A DNA stretch of 64,000 nt from an uncultured Chloroflexia bacterium (GCA_963703345.1 OY969814.1:704001-768000); one strand, 5' to 3'. Numbered from the stretch's first letter, positions 9,564-19,622 are shown. Translations and numbers: made by a program. The notes: a model not told the origin generated them from the sequence alone.

Positions 9564-10862
9564 CTAGCCGTGCTTGTCCGAGTCCACGATCCGCACGAAC
9601 CGGTGCTTGCCGACTCGGATCACCGACCCCTCGCGAAGCGATACGTCGAAGCTGCTGATCGCCTGCCCGTCCACGTCGATAGCCCCCTGCTGAAGCAGCC
9701 GCCGTCCTTCCGCCTTGCTGGGCACGGCCCCGACTGCCAACAGCGTTTCCAGCAGACCGAGTCGTCTGACTTGATCCACGCGAGCTGTGTTCGTGATCGA
9801 CATCGATAGCGATCCCGTCATCCCTAACGAGCCCCCAACGCGAGTCTGCACCTTCTTCCCAAGCGATCCTTCAACCCGAACGACTCCGCGCTGGAAAGTC
9901 CGCTCGAACGCCTCCTCCGCCTTCTGCGCCGCTTCCGCCCCGTGCAGCTCCGTCACGATCTCGCGCGCCAGCCGCTTCTTCACCTCCATCGGGTTCACCG
10001 ACCGCTCCGCCAGCTTCCGCCGCATCTCCTCGATCTCCTCTTGAGGTGTGTCCGTCACCTGCGTGAAGTAATCGAGCATAGCGCCGTCCGGCAGCGACAT
10101 CACTTTGCCGTACATCTCCTCCGGCGGCTCGTTCAGCGCTATGTAGTTGCCCTGTGTCTTCGACATCCGCAGATGCCCGTCCGTCCCGACGAGAATCGGC
10201 ATGCAAATGGCGATCTGTGGCCGCTGCCCGTAGGCCCGCTGCAACGTCCGTCCGGCCATGAGGTTGAAGAGCTGCTCCGTCGCGCCTATCTGCGCATCCG
10301 TCTCGAGGGCGACCGCGTCGTAGGCCTGCATGAAAGCGTAGAAGAACTCGTGCACGTAGATCGGCTCGCTGCGCTCCCGTCGCACGGCGAAGTTGTCGCG
10401 CTGGAGGAACTGCCCGACGGTGAAATGGGAGGCGATCTTGATCAGCTCTTCGAAGGTGAGCTTGCTCAACCACTCGGCGTTGTTGCGGATGACCGTTCGC
10501 TCCGGGTCGAGCACCTTGAACGCCTGGTCCGTATACGTGCGCGCGTTCGCCTCGATCTCCTCGCGCGTCAGCATCGGCCGCGTCGACTCCTTGTCGCTGG
10601 GGTCGCCGACCAGCGCGGTGAAGCCGCCGATCAGCAGTATCGTCTCGTGGCCGAGGCGCTGGAACTGGCGCAGCTTCCGCATCGGCACAGTGTGGCCGAG
10701 CGTCAGGTCCGGCGCCGTCGGGTCGATTCCCAGATAGACACGCAGAGGCCGTCCCTCCGCCAGCCGCTCCCGCAGGTCGCTCTCCATGGCGCGCGCCACG
10801 CCCTCGTCGCCGTAGACGACGCCGCGCATCAGAAGCTGCACCTGCTCATCAATCGATGGCAT
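9564..10862 (-). CDS. tyrS: Tyrosine--tRNA ligase
   Basis: YLGIDPTAPDLTLGH (HIGH-like), QAYDAVAL, RMSKT (KMSKS-like), C-terminal S4 domain SKAEGRRLLQQGAI...VGKHRF. Confidence 0.97.
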   Translation of the reverse strand: MPSIDEQVQLLMRGVVYGDEGVARAMESDLRERLAEGRPLRVYLGIDPTAPDLTLGHTVPMRKLRQFQRLGHETILLIGGFTALVGDPSDKESTRPMLTREEIEANARTYTDQAFKVLDPERTVIRNNAEWLSKLTFEELIKIASHFTVGQFLQRDNFAVRRERSEPIYVHEFFYAFMQAYDAVALETDAQIGATEQLFNLMAGRTLQRAYGQRPQIAICMPILVGTDGHLRMSKTQGNYIALNEPPEEMYGKVMSLPDGAMLDYFTQVTDTPQEEIEEMRRKLAERSVNPMEVKKRLAREIVTELHGAEAAQKAEEAFERTFQRGVVRVEGSLGKKVQTRVGGSLGMTGSLSMSITNTARVDQVRRLGLLETLLAVGAVPSKAEGRRLLQQGAIDVDGQAISSFDVSLREGSVIRVGKHRFVRIVDSDKHG

Positions 10863-10874
10863 GAAATCTCGCGA

Positions 10875-11834
10875 TCAGGCGGGGCTTTCAGCGACGGCTT
10901 CTGGCGTACGCTCGAAGTACTGCCGCGCTGCCTCGACGTCCTTGCCGATCTGCTCGATCAGGGCGTCCGCCCCGGCGAAGCGCTCCTCGCCGCGCAGCCG
11001 CTTCAGCACGTCGACCCGTAGCTCTCGTCCGTAGAGGTCCCCGCCGAAGTCCATTATATGCACCTCGACCGTACGTTCACCATCTTCGAACGTCGGCCGC
11101 CGCCCGATGTTCGTGACCGACTGGTAGCTCTTGCCCTTCACCGAAGCCCGCGTGACGTAGACGCCGAACGGCGGCAGCGCCAGCCCGGAGCCGATAGCGA
11201 TGTTCGCCGTTGGAAAGCCGATGACCCGCCCTCTTTCGACGCCTCTGACGACGGGCCCGGCAAGCGAGAACGGCCGCCCCAGCAGCCGGTTCACCGTCGC
11301 GATCTCCCCCGCTTCCAGTGCGTCGCGAATGGCGGACGAGCTAACGACCAGCCCGTCTTCAACCAGCGGCCCCACCGACTCGACTTCGAAGCCTGCTTCC
11401 GCGCCGAGACGTTGCAGCGCTTCGCCGCCGCCCTCGCGACCGCGCCCCAGCGCAAAGTCCGGCCCGGCGAGGAGGAAGCGCATGCGCAGCCTCTCTTGCA
11501 GCGCCGCCAGAAAGTCGGCCGCGGAAAGGCGTGCCACCTCCGCCGTGAACGTCAGCGGCAGCACGAAGTCGACGCCGCTTGTTCGCAGCAGGCGCACTCT
11601 CTCCTCCAGGCTCGTCAGGTAGGCGATATCCGCCGTCGGGTTTAGGACGAGCGCCGGATGCGGATGCAGCGTGATGACGCCCGTCGCCAGGCCGCGCGCC
11701 GTCGCCCGTTCTCGCAGTATGTGCAGCAAGTACAGATGGCCGCGGTGCACGCCGTCGAAGACGCCCACGGTCAGAGCCGTGTCCCTGGCGAGACCATCGA
11801 CGTGCAGCTCCCCCAGCGGCGCGGCGGCCATCAT
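10875..11834 (-). CDS. ribF: Bifunctional riboflavin kinase/FAD synthetase
   Basis: GVFDGVHRGH, SSSAIR, GRVIGFPTANI, NIGRRPTF, VEVHI motifs. Confidence 0.96.
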   Translation of the reverse strand: MMAAAPLGELHVDGLARDTALTVGVFDGVHRGHLYLLHILRERATARGLATGVITLHPHPALVLNPTADIAYLTSLEERVRLLRTSGVDFVLPLTFTAEVARLSAADFLAALQERLRMRFLLAGPDFALGRGREGGGEALQRLGAEAGFEVESVGPLVEDGLVVSSSAIRDALEAGEIATVNRLLGRPFSLAGPVVRGVERGRVIGFPTANIAIGSGLALPPFGVYVTRASVKGKSYQSVTNIGRRPTFEDGERTVEVHIMDFGGDLYGRELRVDVLKRLRGEERFAGADALIEQIGKDVEAARQYFERTPEAVAESPA

Positions 11835-13045
11835 GATTTCTTCGTCCGCCCGCGCTTTGGTTTCACCGGCAGAGCCGCCGGTGCCGCACGCGGCTTGGCC
11901 TCAGGCGTCCGCCCCCGCTTTGCTTTCACCGGCAGAGCCGCCCGCGCCGCACTCGGCTTGGCCTCAGGCGTCCGCCCTCGCTTTGCTTTCACCGGCGGAG
12001 CCGCACGGGCGGCAGGCTGCTTGGCCTCAGGCGCCCGTCTGCGCCACGCTTTCACCGGCAGGGCCGCCGGCGCCGCGCGCAGGTTGGCCTCCGGCGTCTG
12101 GGGCGGTATCGAGCAGCCCGCGGCGAGGAGAAAGCGCTTGCCGCCGGTCTCCGCCAGCGCCTCCGCGACTTCGGCGGTCACCCGTTCGGGCGTCCCCGCG
12201 CTGACTGTCGCCACCGCAACGCCGCCCATGACCGCCCGCTTCGTCTTCGCCAGGATGTCGCGCAAACTCGGGTTCTCGCCATCGCGGTTCGCCCAGTTGA
12301 AGGCGTGGACCGGGTAGTCGAGCATCGATTCGAGCATATTGTGCTTGCGGCAGACGTGAAGGATGTTGAACTCCGCGGCGGCGACGGCTTCCAGGACTCG
12401 CAGGTCGTACGGTCGCCCGAACTCCCCGTACTGCTCCGCCGTCGCCACGTCGTACGTCCCCCAGTCGACGGTCGCGAAGAAGATGCCGTCGGCGCCCGCT
12501 TCCAGGCAGGCGGCCGCGTAGGTCGCCAGCGTCTGCGCAACGGCGGCCAGCGCGCGATGCAGAGCTTCGCCGTGCTCGCGCATGTGGCGTCGTACGGCCG
12601 CGAAATCGCCGTTCGCCAGCCGGCCGATGACGGACAGGGGCGAAAAGACCGTCTGCACGAACGGCGCTTCGCCGGCAAGCCCTTCGCCGATGAGTCGCAG
12701 CGCTTCGAGTTGTTCCCCAAACGGCCCCGCGCGGGCATCCAGCGGAGCCAGCCTGTCGAGGTCGCGCGCCGACTTAAGGACGTAGTCGACGTTCAGGGGC
12801 CCGTGCAGGGCGTCGCCGGAAGGACGGTAGTGGTTGCCCCACGCCTCGGCGTAGTAGGTGGCGCGCGGGTTGACTTTGACGAAATCCCAGTCGTAGCGCC
12901 GGAAGCGGTCCAGCGTCGCCTCAGCCAGCCCGGCGGGCGTCCACTCCCGCAGGTAGTCGTGGCCCCAGAAAGAGACAGGCGGCCGGTCGACGGCGCTGCC
13001 CGCGAGCGCGGCCTTCACCCTCTCCCGCCTGGTCATCTTCGCCAT
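11831..13045 (-). CDS. Uroporphyrinogen decarboxylase (URO-D/MtaA-like) family protein with basic repetitive C-terminal tail
   Basis: MTRRERVKAAL...VDRPPV, QTVFSPLS, AGADGIF, ILHVC, LAAGCSIP. Start placed at MAKMTRRER (13045). Confidence 0.8.
   Translation of the reverse strand: MAKMTRRERVKAALAGSAVDRPPVSFWGHDYLREWTPAGLAEATLDRFRRYDWDFVKVNPRATYYAEAWGNHYRPSGDALHGPLNVDYVLKSARDLDRLAPLDARAGPFGEQLEALRLIGEGLAGEAPFVQTVFSPLSVIGRLANGDFAAVRRHMREHGEALHRALAAVAQTLATYAAACLEAGADGIFFATVDWGTYDVATAEQYGEFGRPYDLRVLEAVAAAEFNILHVCRKHNMLESMLDYPVHAFNWANRDGENPSLRDILAKTKRAVMGGVAVATVSAGTPERVTAEVAEALAETGGKRFLLAAGCSIPPQTPEANLRAAPAALPVKAWRRRAPEAKQPAARAAPPVKAKRGRTPEAKPSAARAALPVKAKRGRTPEAKPRAAPAALPVKPKRGRTKKS
11845..12100 (-). 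repeat. Four tandem 63-bp (21-aa) repeats
   Basis: tttcaccggc recurs at 11861, 11924, 11987 and 12050; the units encode TPEAKPxAAxAALPVKAKRGR. Confidence 0.92.
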
Positions 13046-13419
13046 CTCGATTGCCCCGCGGAAGGCGACGACTTGTTTCAGCGGCAAAATAAGGAGGGGA
13101 ATTCCCCTCCCTGCCTGCGCCTTCTGCAGGCATGATACTAGCATCAGCCCTAAAGGCGATCAAGGCGGCGCGCCGGGCCGGCCCCCGACTGTCCGGCTTG
13201 AAGAGTCGCCTCGCGCTACATCTGGCCGCGCCAGGCGCCTGTCTCGTGTCCTCGCCGAATCCACGGCCACCGCACGTCGCAGCCGCCCGTTTTGCTAAGA
13301 CGACTACTCCCTTTCCCCCTCCATCTTGTCGCATGAAGTCTTCACGAATAACTACTCCAACATCACGCTGCCGCCACGATTGCCGCCTATCGTAAGTATA
13401 TGTCGCAGAGGTCGGCGGA

Positions 13420-13848
13420 ATGATGAGAATGTGTTATGAAAAGATAAGGCACCGGAAAGTGCTCGTAGTCGAAGACGACTGCGCGGTGAACAAAGTACTC
13501 TGTCTGTCGCTGAAATACGGCGGTTTCGAAACGGCGCAGGCCGAATCGGGCGGCGAGGCGCTGCGGAAGCTCGACTCCGACGGCTTCGACGCCGTCATCC
13601 TTGACCTGTGCCTTCCTGACGGCCTCGGCGGCGACGTCCTCCACCGTCTGCAAGCGACGGGCAGTCCCGTCTGGATCGCCATGTCCGCCCTCGACGAAGA
13701 CGAAGCCGCCAGGCGCTACGGCCCGCTGCAGGGGCCCTTCCTCGCCAAGCCGTTCAATCCCTGGGACCTGATAGGCCTTCTCGACAGCCTTCTCGCCAAC
13801 GACGTCGAGGACCGAAGGAACATGCGGGAACGCCGCATCGCCTCCTGA
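13420..13848 (+). CDS. Single-domain response regulator (REC only)
   Basis: KVLVVEDD, AVILDLCLPD, MSA, LAKPF; no output domain. Confidence 0.88.
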   Translation: MMRMCYEKIRHRKVLVVEDDCAVNKVLCLSLKYGGFETAQAESGGEALRKLDSDGFDAVILDLCLPDGLGGDVLHRLQATGSPVWIAMSALDEDEAARRYGPLQGPFLAKPFNPWDLIGLLDSLLANDVEDRRNMRERRIAS

Positions 13849-13969
13849 GCCGCGGCTTTCACGTTTTCTTTACGGCCGAGCGCGAGCACTTCACATCATC
13901 TACACGCCCGTTGTCTACATTGAGATGTGAAGTTCCCGACGTCACACTAGTCCGAATGGGAGGCGGTCG

Positions 13970-14311
13970 GTGCTGAATGCGCGGGTACATGAACGGACGG
14001 AGATCGCCAAGAGCCGCGGCAGGCCTCATGCGTATTCGCCGGCGGACTGTATGCCGCTGACTGTCTTGCTCGGAAAGTACACCGAGCGCGTCAGGCGCTC
14101 GAAGGGCAAGACGCAGGCCCAGATCGCCCGCGATTCCTGGTTGGGCGATAGCTACGTGTCGCGACTGCTTTCCGGCGAACGGCTCAACCCTAGTCGCGAC
14201 GCTCTTGTCCTGCTCGGCTGCTGGGGCCTCGAGCTCAGCGTCGACGAGATGGACGAGCTGCTTATCGCCGCCGAATACAAGCCGCTGGTCTTGCCGGCGA
14301 CCATTCGCTAG
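13970..14311 (+). CDS. XRE-family helix-turn-helix protein
   Basis: GKTQAQIARDSWLGDSYVSRLLSGERLNPSRD; GGGAGG RBS. Confidence 0.8.
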   Translation: MLNARVHERTEIAKSRGRPHAYSPADCMPLTVLLGKYTERVRRSKGKTQAQIARDSWLGDSYVSRLLSGERLNPSRDALVLLGCWGLELSVDEMDELLIAAEYKPLVLPATIR

Positions 14312-14564
14312 GTGAGGGGTCATACTCCAGGCTGAGGAGCAGCCAGAACAAGAAGAGGGAATGAGGCGAGCAAGCTGACCCGGGCGACAGGGAGGTCGCG
14401 GCTCGGCGCCGAGGGAAAGGAAAGCCGGTGGCGTCGGTAGGGTCTACGGCGGTTCGTCTTTGGAAATGGTGGGGAGGTCGAGAGGTGGTTTTCTCTCGGC
14501 CTTCTCGTTTCCGTCCTCAAAGGCGCCCATCACGACGCGGGGACGGCAAGAAAGGGGGGCCGCC

Positions 14565-15383
14565 ATGCCCCGATCGATTTGGAGCGGTGTCATCAGCTTC
14601 GGGATGGTCAGCATCCCGGTCAACCTGTACACCGCGACTCAGGAAAAAGACATAGCCTTCCACCTGCTGCACGAAAGCTGCGGCAACCGACTCAAGCAAT
14701 TGCGCTGGTGCCCCCTGCACGAACGCGAAGTCGAGTGGGACGAAGTCGCCCGCGGCTACGAATACGCTAAGGACCAGTACGTCCTCCTGACCGACGAAGA
14801 CTTCGAGAAGCTCCCCCTGCCCAGCAAGCGCACCATCGGCCTCTCCGCCTTCGTCCGCAGCCAGGAGATCGACCCGATCTACTACGACAAGAGCTACTAC
14901 CTCGAACCGCGAGAAGGAGGGCTCAAGGCCTTCGCGCTGCTCATGCGCGTCCTCCAGGAGAAGGCGCTCGTGGGCATAGCGAAGATCGCCATCCGCAACA
15001 AGGAGCAGCTTTGCGCCCTGCGACCGCAAGGCCACGGGCTCGTCCTCGAGACGCTCTACTACCCCGATGAAATACGCGCCGAAACAGGCGTCGACGCGGA
15101 CAGCGTCGACGTCTCCCAGCGCGAAATCGAGCTTGCCATGACCCTGGTCGGCGCCCTCTCCGAAAGCTTCAAGCCGGAGCAGTACCACGATGATTACCGC
15201 CGGGCGCTGATGGAGCTCATCGAGGCCAAGCGAAAGGGCCAGGAGGTCGTAGCGCCCGCGCCGCCGCCCGGCAAGGTCATCGACCTGATGGCCGCCCTCC
15301 GCGAAAGCGTTGAAGCCGCGAAGAAGCAGAAGCCCGCGCCAATACGCGACCGCGACGAGCGCGAACGCCGCAAGGCCGGCTAG
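14565..15383 (+). CDS. ku: Non-homologous end-joining protein Ku
   Basis: MPRSIWSGVISFGMVSIPV, IDPIYYDKSYYL, VIDLMAALRESV. Confidence 0.96.
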   Translation: MPRSIWSGVISFGMVSIPVNLYTATQEKDIAFHLLHESCGNRLKQLRWCPLHEREVEWDEVARGYEYAKDQYVLLTDEDFEKLPLPSKRTIGLSAFVRSQEIDPIYYDKSYYLEPREGGLKAFALLMRVLQEKALVGIAKIAIRNKEQLCALRPQGHGLVLETLYYPDEIRAETGVDADSVDVSQREIELAMTLVGALSESFKPEQYHDDYRRALMELIEAKRKGQEVVAPAPPPGKVIDLMAALRESVEAAKKQKPAPIRDRDERERRKAG

Positions 15384-15385
15384 CG

Positions 15386-18160
15386 ATGCCGCAAACGAAG
15401 GTCAACGCCGGACTCGACGAATACGCTAGCAAGCGCCGTCTGAAGCGGACCGCCGAGCCGCCGCCGGAGCGCAAACCGGCCGGCTCCGGGCTGCTTCGCT
15501 TCGTCGTCCACAAGCACGCCGCCGGCCGCCTGCACTACGACTTGCGACTGGAGGCGGAAGGCGTCCTCAAGTCCTGGGCCGTGCCGAAAGGCCCGTCGCT
15601 GGACCCGAGCGAGAAGCGGCTCGCCGTCATGGTCGAAGACCATCCCATCGACTACGCCGCCTTCGAAGGTGTCATCCCGGAAGGAGAATACGGCGCCGGC
15701 GAAGTCATCGTCTGGGACCGCGGCAGCTACGCCCCCGAAGAGGACGGCCACCGCGCCTTCGACCGCCGCCAGGCGGAGCGAATCGTCCGGGAGGGCCTCG
15801 CCCGTGGGAAGCTTGGCTTCTACCTCAGCGGCGAGAAGCTGAAAGGTTCCTGGGCCCTCGTCAAGTCGAGCCGCGGCCAGAAGGACTGGCTCCTCATAAA
15901 GCACCGCGACGATACCCCCGTCCGCAACGTCCTGAGCGAAGGGCGCTCCGTCCTCTCCGGCCTGACCATCGAAGACCTGAAGGCGGGTGGCCGGCCCGAG
16001 CCGGCGGCGCAGCGACCCGACGCGGAAGGCCCGCAGTCCCTGCCGCAGGCCCGCAAAGCTCCCTTCCCGCGCACGCTCGCGCCGATGCTGGCCACGCTCG
16101 CCAGAGCGCCGTTCTCGCACCCGGACTGGCTCTTCGAGCCGAAGCTGGACGGCCTGCGGGCCATCGCCTTCCTGCGCGACGGCAAGGTCAGGCTCCTCTC
16201 GCGCGGCGGCAGGGACGCCACGAAAGGCTACCCCTCGCTCGCAGCGGAGCTCACCGAGCAGCCCGCCCTTGAGGCAGTCTTCGACGGCGAAATCATCGCT
16301 CCCGACGAGCAAGGACGCCCTTCCTTCCAGCGCCTCCAGCAGCGAATGAACCTCCAGAACGAGGAGGACATTCGCCGCGCCGATTCCCAGGTGCCCGTCC
16401 TCTACTACGTCTTCGATATCCTCTACCTGGACGGCTACGACCTGCTCGCCGTCCCCCTCGAGGCGCGCCGCCGCCAGCTAGAGCGCGCACTCGTCCCGGG
16501 CCGGCGCGTCCGGCTCATCGAGCAGTTCCAGCAAGAGGGAGAGACGGCCTTCCAGGTCGCCGTCGAGCACGGCCTGGAAGGCGTAATGGCCAAGAAACGC
16601 GACAGCGCCTACCGTCCCGGCGAACGCTCCCACGTCTGGCTCAAGGTCAAGGCGACCCTCAGCGACGAGTTCGTAGTCGGCGGCTACACGCGCGGCACCG
16701 GCGCCCGCGCCCTTACCTTCGGTTCCCTCCTCCTCGGCCAGTACGATGGCCAGGGGAAGCTCCGCTATGCCGGCAACGTCGGCAGCGGCTTCGACGACCG
16801 CCTGCTGGAGGAACTGCTGGCGCGCCTGGACAAGCTGCGCGCAAGCCGCTCCCCCTTCACCGGCGAAGTCAACGACCGTGGACGCGAAGCGACCTGGGTG
16901 AAGCCGGAGCTCGTGGCGGAAGTGAAGTTCGCGCAGTGGACCGACGACGGCAGGCTCCGCGCGCCCGTCTTCCTGCGCCTCCGCGAAGACAAGCCGAAAG
17001 AGGAGGTCGAGCGCGTCGACGTCGTGGACGCGCCTTCGGGCGGCGGCACAGGCGACCCGACGCCGGCGCGGCCCGTCGTAGACCAGCGCGACGTGGAAGC
17101 GGTGCTCGACCAGCTATCCTCGGCGAAGAGGAAGCTCACGCTCAAGGTGCAGGGCCACCAGATAACGCTCAACAACCTCGACAAGCCCCTCTGGCCAGCC
17201 TTCGGCAAGCGGCGCGCTCTCACCAAGCTGGACCTCCTCGTCTACCTGACGAAGGCCTCGCCCTGCCTGCTGCCGCATTTGAAAGACCGTCCGCTTACCC
17301 TCAAACGCTATCCCAACGGCATCGACGGCGAGAGCTTCTTCCAGAAACACTATGAAAACGGCGCGCCGCCCTTCGTTGAGAAAGTCCTGCTCTTCTCCGA
17401 CACGGAAGGCGACCAGGAGTATCTGCTCTGCAACAACCTGCCGACGCTCCTCTGGCTCGGGCAGATCGCCGACATCGAGCTCCATACCTGGTACTCCCGC
17501 ACCAGCCCGGAGCCCGACGGCACGCATCTGACGACCGATTTCAGCGGCTCGTTCGATAACATTCTGGGTTCCACGCTCAACTACCCGGACTTCATCGTCT
17601 TCGACCTCGACCCGTATCTCTACTCGGGCCAAGAGCAAGAGGGAGCGGAGCCGGAGCTGAACCGGGCCGCCTTCGCAAAGACGCGCGAAGTCGCCGGCTG
17701 GCTCCGCGAAGCGCTGGCCTCGCTTTCGTTGCCGGCCTTCATCAAGACTTCCGGTCGCACCGGCCTGCATGTCTACGTGCCCATCCAGCGCCGCTTCACC
17801 TTCGACGAAGTGCGCGCCGCGGCGGGCAGCATCGGCCGCTACTTGATGCAGCAGCACCCGAACGACATCACGATGGAGTGGTCGGTGAGCAAGCGGAAGG
17901 GGAAGGTCTTCTTCGACCACAACCAGAACTCGCGCGGCAAAACCCTCGCCTCCGCCTATTCGCCGCGGCCCTCGCCGGAAGCAAGCGTCTCCGTGCCGCT
18001 CTTGTGGGAAGAGCTCTCTCACGTCTATCCCACCGACTTTACGATTCTCAACGTCCCGGACCGCCTGGCGTCGATGGGCGACCCGTGGCAGGGGATCCTA
18101 TCGGCTAAGCACGACCTCGGCAGCCTGCTGTCGAAAGGACCGGAGGCCGCCGCCCAATGA
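15386..18160 (+). CDS. ligD: DNA ligase D (phosphoesterase-ligase-polymerase)
   Basis: HAAGRLHYDLRLE (PE), EPKLDGLR and EGVMAK (LIG), RYPNG, FDLDP and KTSGRTGLH (POL); starts 2 nt after ku. Confidence 0.96.
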   Translation: MPQTKVNAGLDEYASKRRLKRTAEPPPERKPAGSGLLRFVVHKHAAGRLHYDLRLEAEGVLKSWAVPKGPSLDPSEKRLAVMVEDHPIDYAAFEGVIPEGEYGAGEVIVWDRGSYAPEEDGHRAFDRRQAERIVREGLARGKLGFYLSGEKLKGSWALVKSSRGQKDWLLIKHRDDTPVRNVLSEGRSVLSGLTIEDLKAGGRPEPAAQRPDAEGPQSLPQARKAPFPRTLAPMLATLARAPFSHPDWLFEPKLDGLRAIAFLRDGKVRLLSRGGRDATKGYPSLAAELTEQPALEAVFDGEIIAPDEQGRPSFQRLQQRMNLQNEEDIRRADSQVPVLYYVFDILYLDGYDLLAVPLEARRRQLERALVPGRRVRLIEQFQQEGETAFQVAVEHGLEGVMAKKRDSAYRPGERSHVWLKVKATLSDEFVVGGYTRGTGARALTFGSLLLGQYDGQGKLRYAGNVGSGFDDRLLEELLARLDKLRASRSPFTGEVNDRGREATWVKPELVAEVKFAQWTDDGRLRAPVFLRLREDKPKEEVERVDVVDAPSGGGTGDPTPARPVVDQRDVEAVLDQLSSAKRKLTLKVQGHQITLNNLDKPLWPAFGKRRALTKLDLLVYLTKASPCLLPHLKDRPLTLKRYPNGIDGESFFQKHYENGAPPFVEKVLLFSDTEGDQEYLLCNNLPTLLWLGQIADIELHTWYSRTSPEPDGTHLTTDFSGSFDNILGSTLNYPDFIVFDLDPYLYSGQEQEGAEPELNRAAFAKTREVAGWLREALASLSLPAFIKTSGRTGLHVYVPIQRRFTFDEVRAAAGSIGRYLMQQHPNDITMEWSVSKRKGKVFFDHNQNSRGKTLASAYSPRPSPEASVSVPLLWEELSHVYPTDFTILNVPDRLASMGDPWQGILSAKHDLGSLLSKGPEAAAQ

Positions 18161-18193
18161 GGAGACAACAAGTAGCCACCAAGGGAGGACACA

Positions 18194-18553
18194 ATGGCCG
18201 AATTCCTTGACCCATTCCGAGGCAATCTCCCGGACCGTCCGCTGAATATGGGAGAGCTCATCCGCGCCATCAGGCAGGACATCGTCGCGGAAGAGGAAGC
18301 GACCTTTCTCTACACGGCCCAGGCGGAGGCCACGGACAACGAGCTCGCCAAACGCGTGCTCCTGGATATCGCCGACGAGGAACGCGTCCACATCGGCGAG
18401 TTCTCGCGCCTGCTCAGCATACTGACCGAAGGCGAAGAGGACAGGTTCCTGGCCGAGGGCGCCCAGGAGGTCAACGAGATGGCCGGCCGGGCCGGCGCCC
18501 AGCCCGAAGAGCAGCCCGGCAACGCCATGACCGTCGGCTCCCTCAAAGACTGA
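18194..18553 (+). CDS. Encapsulin-associated ferritin-like protein with cargo-loading peptide
   Basis: EEEATFLY...DEERVHIGE ferroxidase-type motif; C-terminal MTVGSLKD matches the LTVGSL-type targeting peptide; lies directly upstream of the encapsulin. Confidence 0.9.
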   Translation: MAEFLDPFRGNLPDRPLNMGELIRAIRQDIVAEEEATFLYTAQAEATDNELAKRVLLDIADEERVHIGEFSRLLSILTEGEEDRFLAEGAQEVNEMAGRAGAQPEEQPGNAMTVGSLKD

Positions 18554-18599
18554 CAGGCGCGACACAACTGCAATAACTCACTCTCAAGGAGGAGCGAAA

Positions 18600-19391
18600 A
18601 TGGAAGAGAAGTTCTTGGCCAGGGATGAAGCCCCCATAGCGCTCGATACCTGGAAGGCGATGGACGCCGCTATGGTGGAGACGGCGCGGGGAATCCTCGT
18701 CGGCCGGAGGATACTGCCCATCGAAGGGCCCTACGGCTTCGGACTCAAGTCCGTTCCGATGGAGGACGTCCAGCTCGAAGACGACGTCTACGCCAGCTCG
18801 TCGATCCCGCTGGCGGCCATCGAAGTGGGCTTCACACTCGGAAAGCGCGACCTCGTCGCCTACGAGAGGGACGGCCTGCCGCTAAACCTCAACCGGCTTG
18901 TCGATGCCGCCATCCGCGCCTCGACCCTGGAGGACGGCATCGTCCTCAACGGCGGCCCCCGCCTGTACGGCCTGCTGAACTGTGAAGGAATCAACCGCCA
19001 GGCCCTCTCGCCCTGGGATGAGCTGGGGACCGCTCCCGCCGACATCATCAAGGCCATCATCGACCTCGACAACGCCGGCTACCACGGACCCTACGCCGTC
19101 GCCCTCTCGCCGCCCCGCTACGACACGCTGTACCGGCGCCATCCCATCGGCGCCTTCAGCGAGCTGGAGCAGATCCAGACGATTGCGACGGAAGGCGTCT
19201 TCAAGGCGCCCGTGCTGGAGAAGGGCGGCTTGCTGCTCAACGTCGGCCGCGTCTATGCGTCCATCGTCCTGGGACAGGACATGACGATATCCTTCGTCGG
19301 GCCGACGAAAGAGGACCTGGAGTTCGCCATAGTCGAGAGCGTTGCCCTGCTCGTGCGGAGGCCCGGCGCCATCTGCGCCCTGACGGAGTAG
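18600..19391 (+). CDS. Family 1 encapsulin nanocompartment shell protein (linocin M18 type)
   Basis: FLARDEAP..W, GRRILPIEGPYGFG, GYHGPYAVAL, LGQDMTI; 263 aa. Confidence 0.92.
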   Translation: MEEKFLARDEAPIALDTWKAMDAAMVETARGILVGRRILPIEGPYGFGLKSVPMEDVQLEDDVYASSSIPLAAIEVGFTLGKRDLVAYERDGLPLNLNRLVDAAIRASTLEDGIVLNGGPRLYGLLNCEGINRQALSPWDELGTAPADIIKAIIDLDNAGYHGPYAVALSPPRYDTLYRRHPIGAFSELEQIQTIATEGVFKAPVLEKGGLLLNVGRVYASIVLGQDMTISFVGPTKEDLEFAIVESVALLVRRPGAICALTE

Positions 19392-19622
19392 AGCCGAAAG
19401 TCGTAGTCCGGTGCGTTCCTACCGCGACCGCCCGGTCCGGCGCGGTGCAGACGGCATGAAGATGCGAGCGATGGCCGTGACAGAATCGTGAAAGATCGTA
19501 TTGTTATGTTGACTATGCGTCTTTCTTCACGAAACCCTCACGAACTCGTCATTCTTCTTCACAACGCGGCCACGGAGAGGACCTAGACTTTGGCTTAGGT
19601 TATTCTGTACGTTTCTTGGGGA

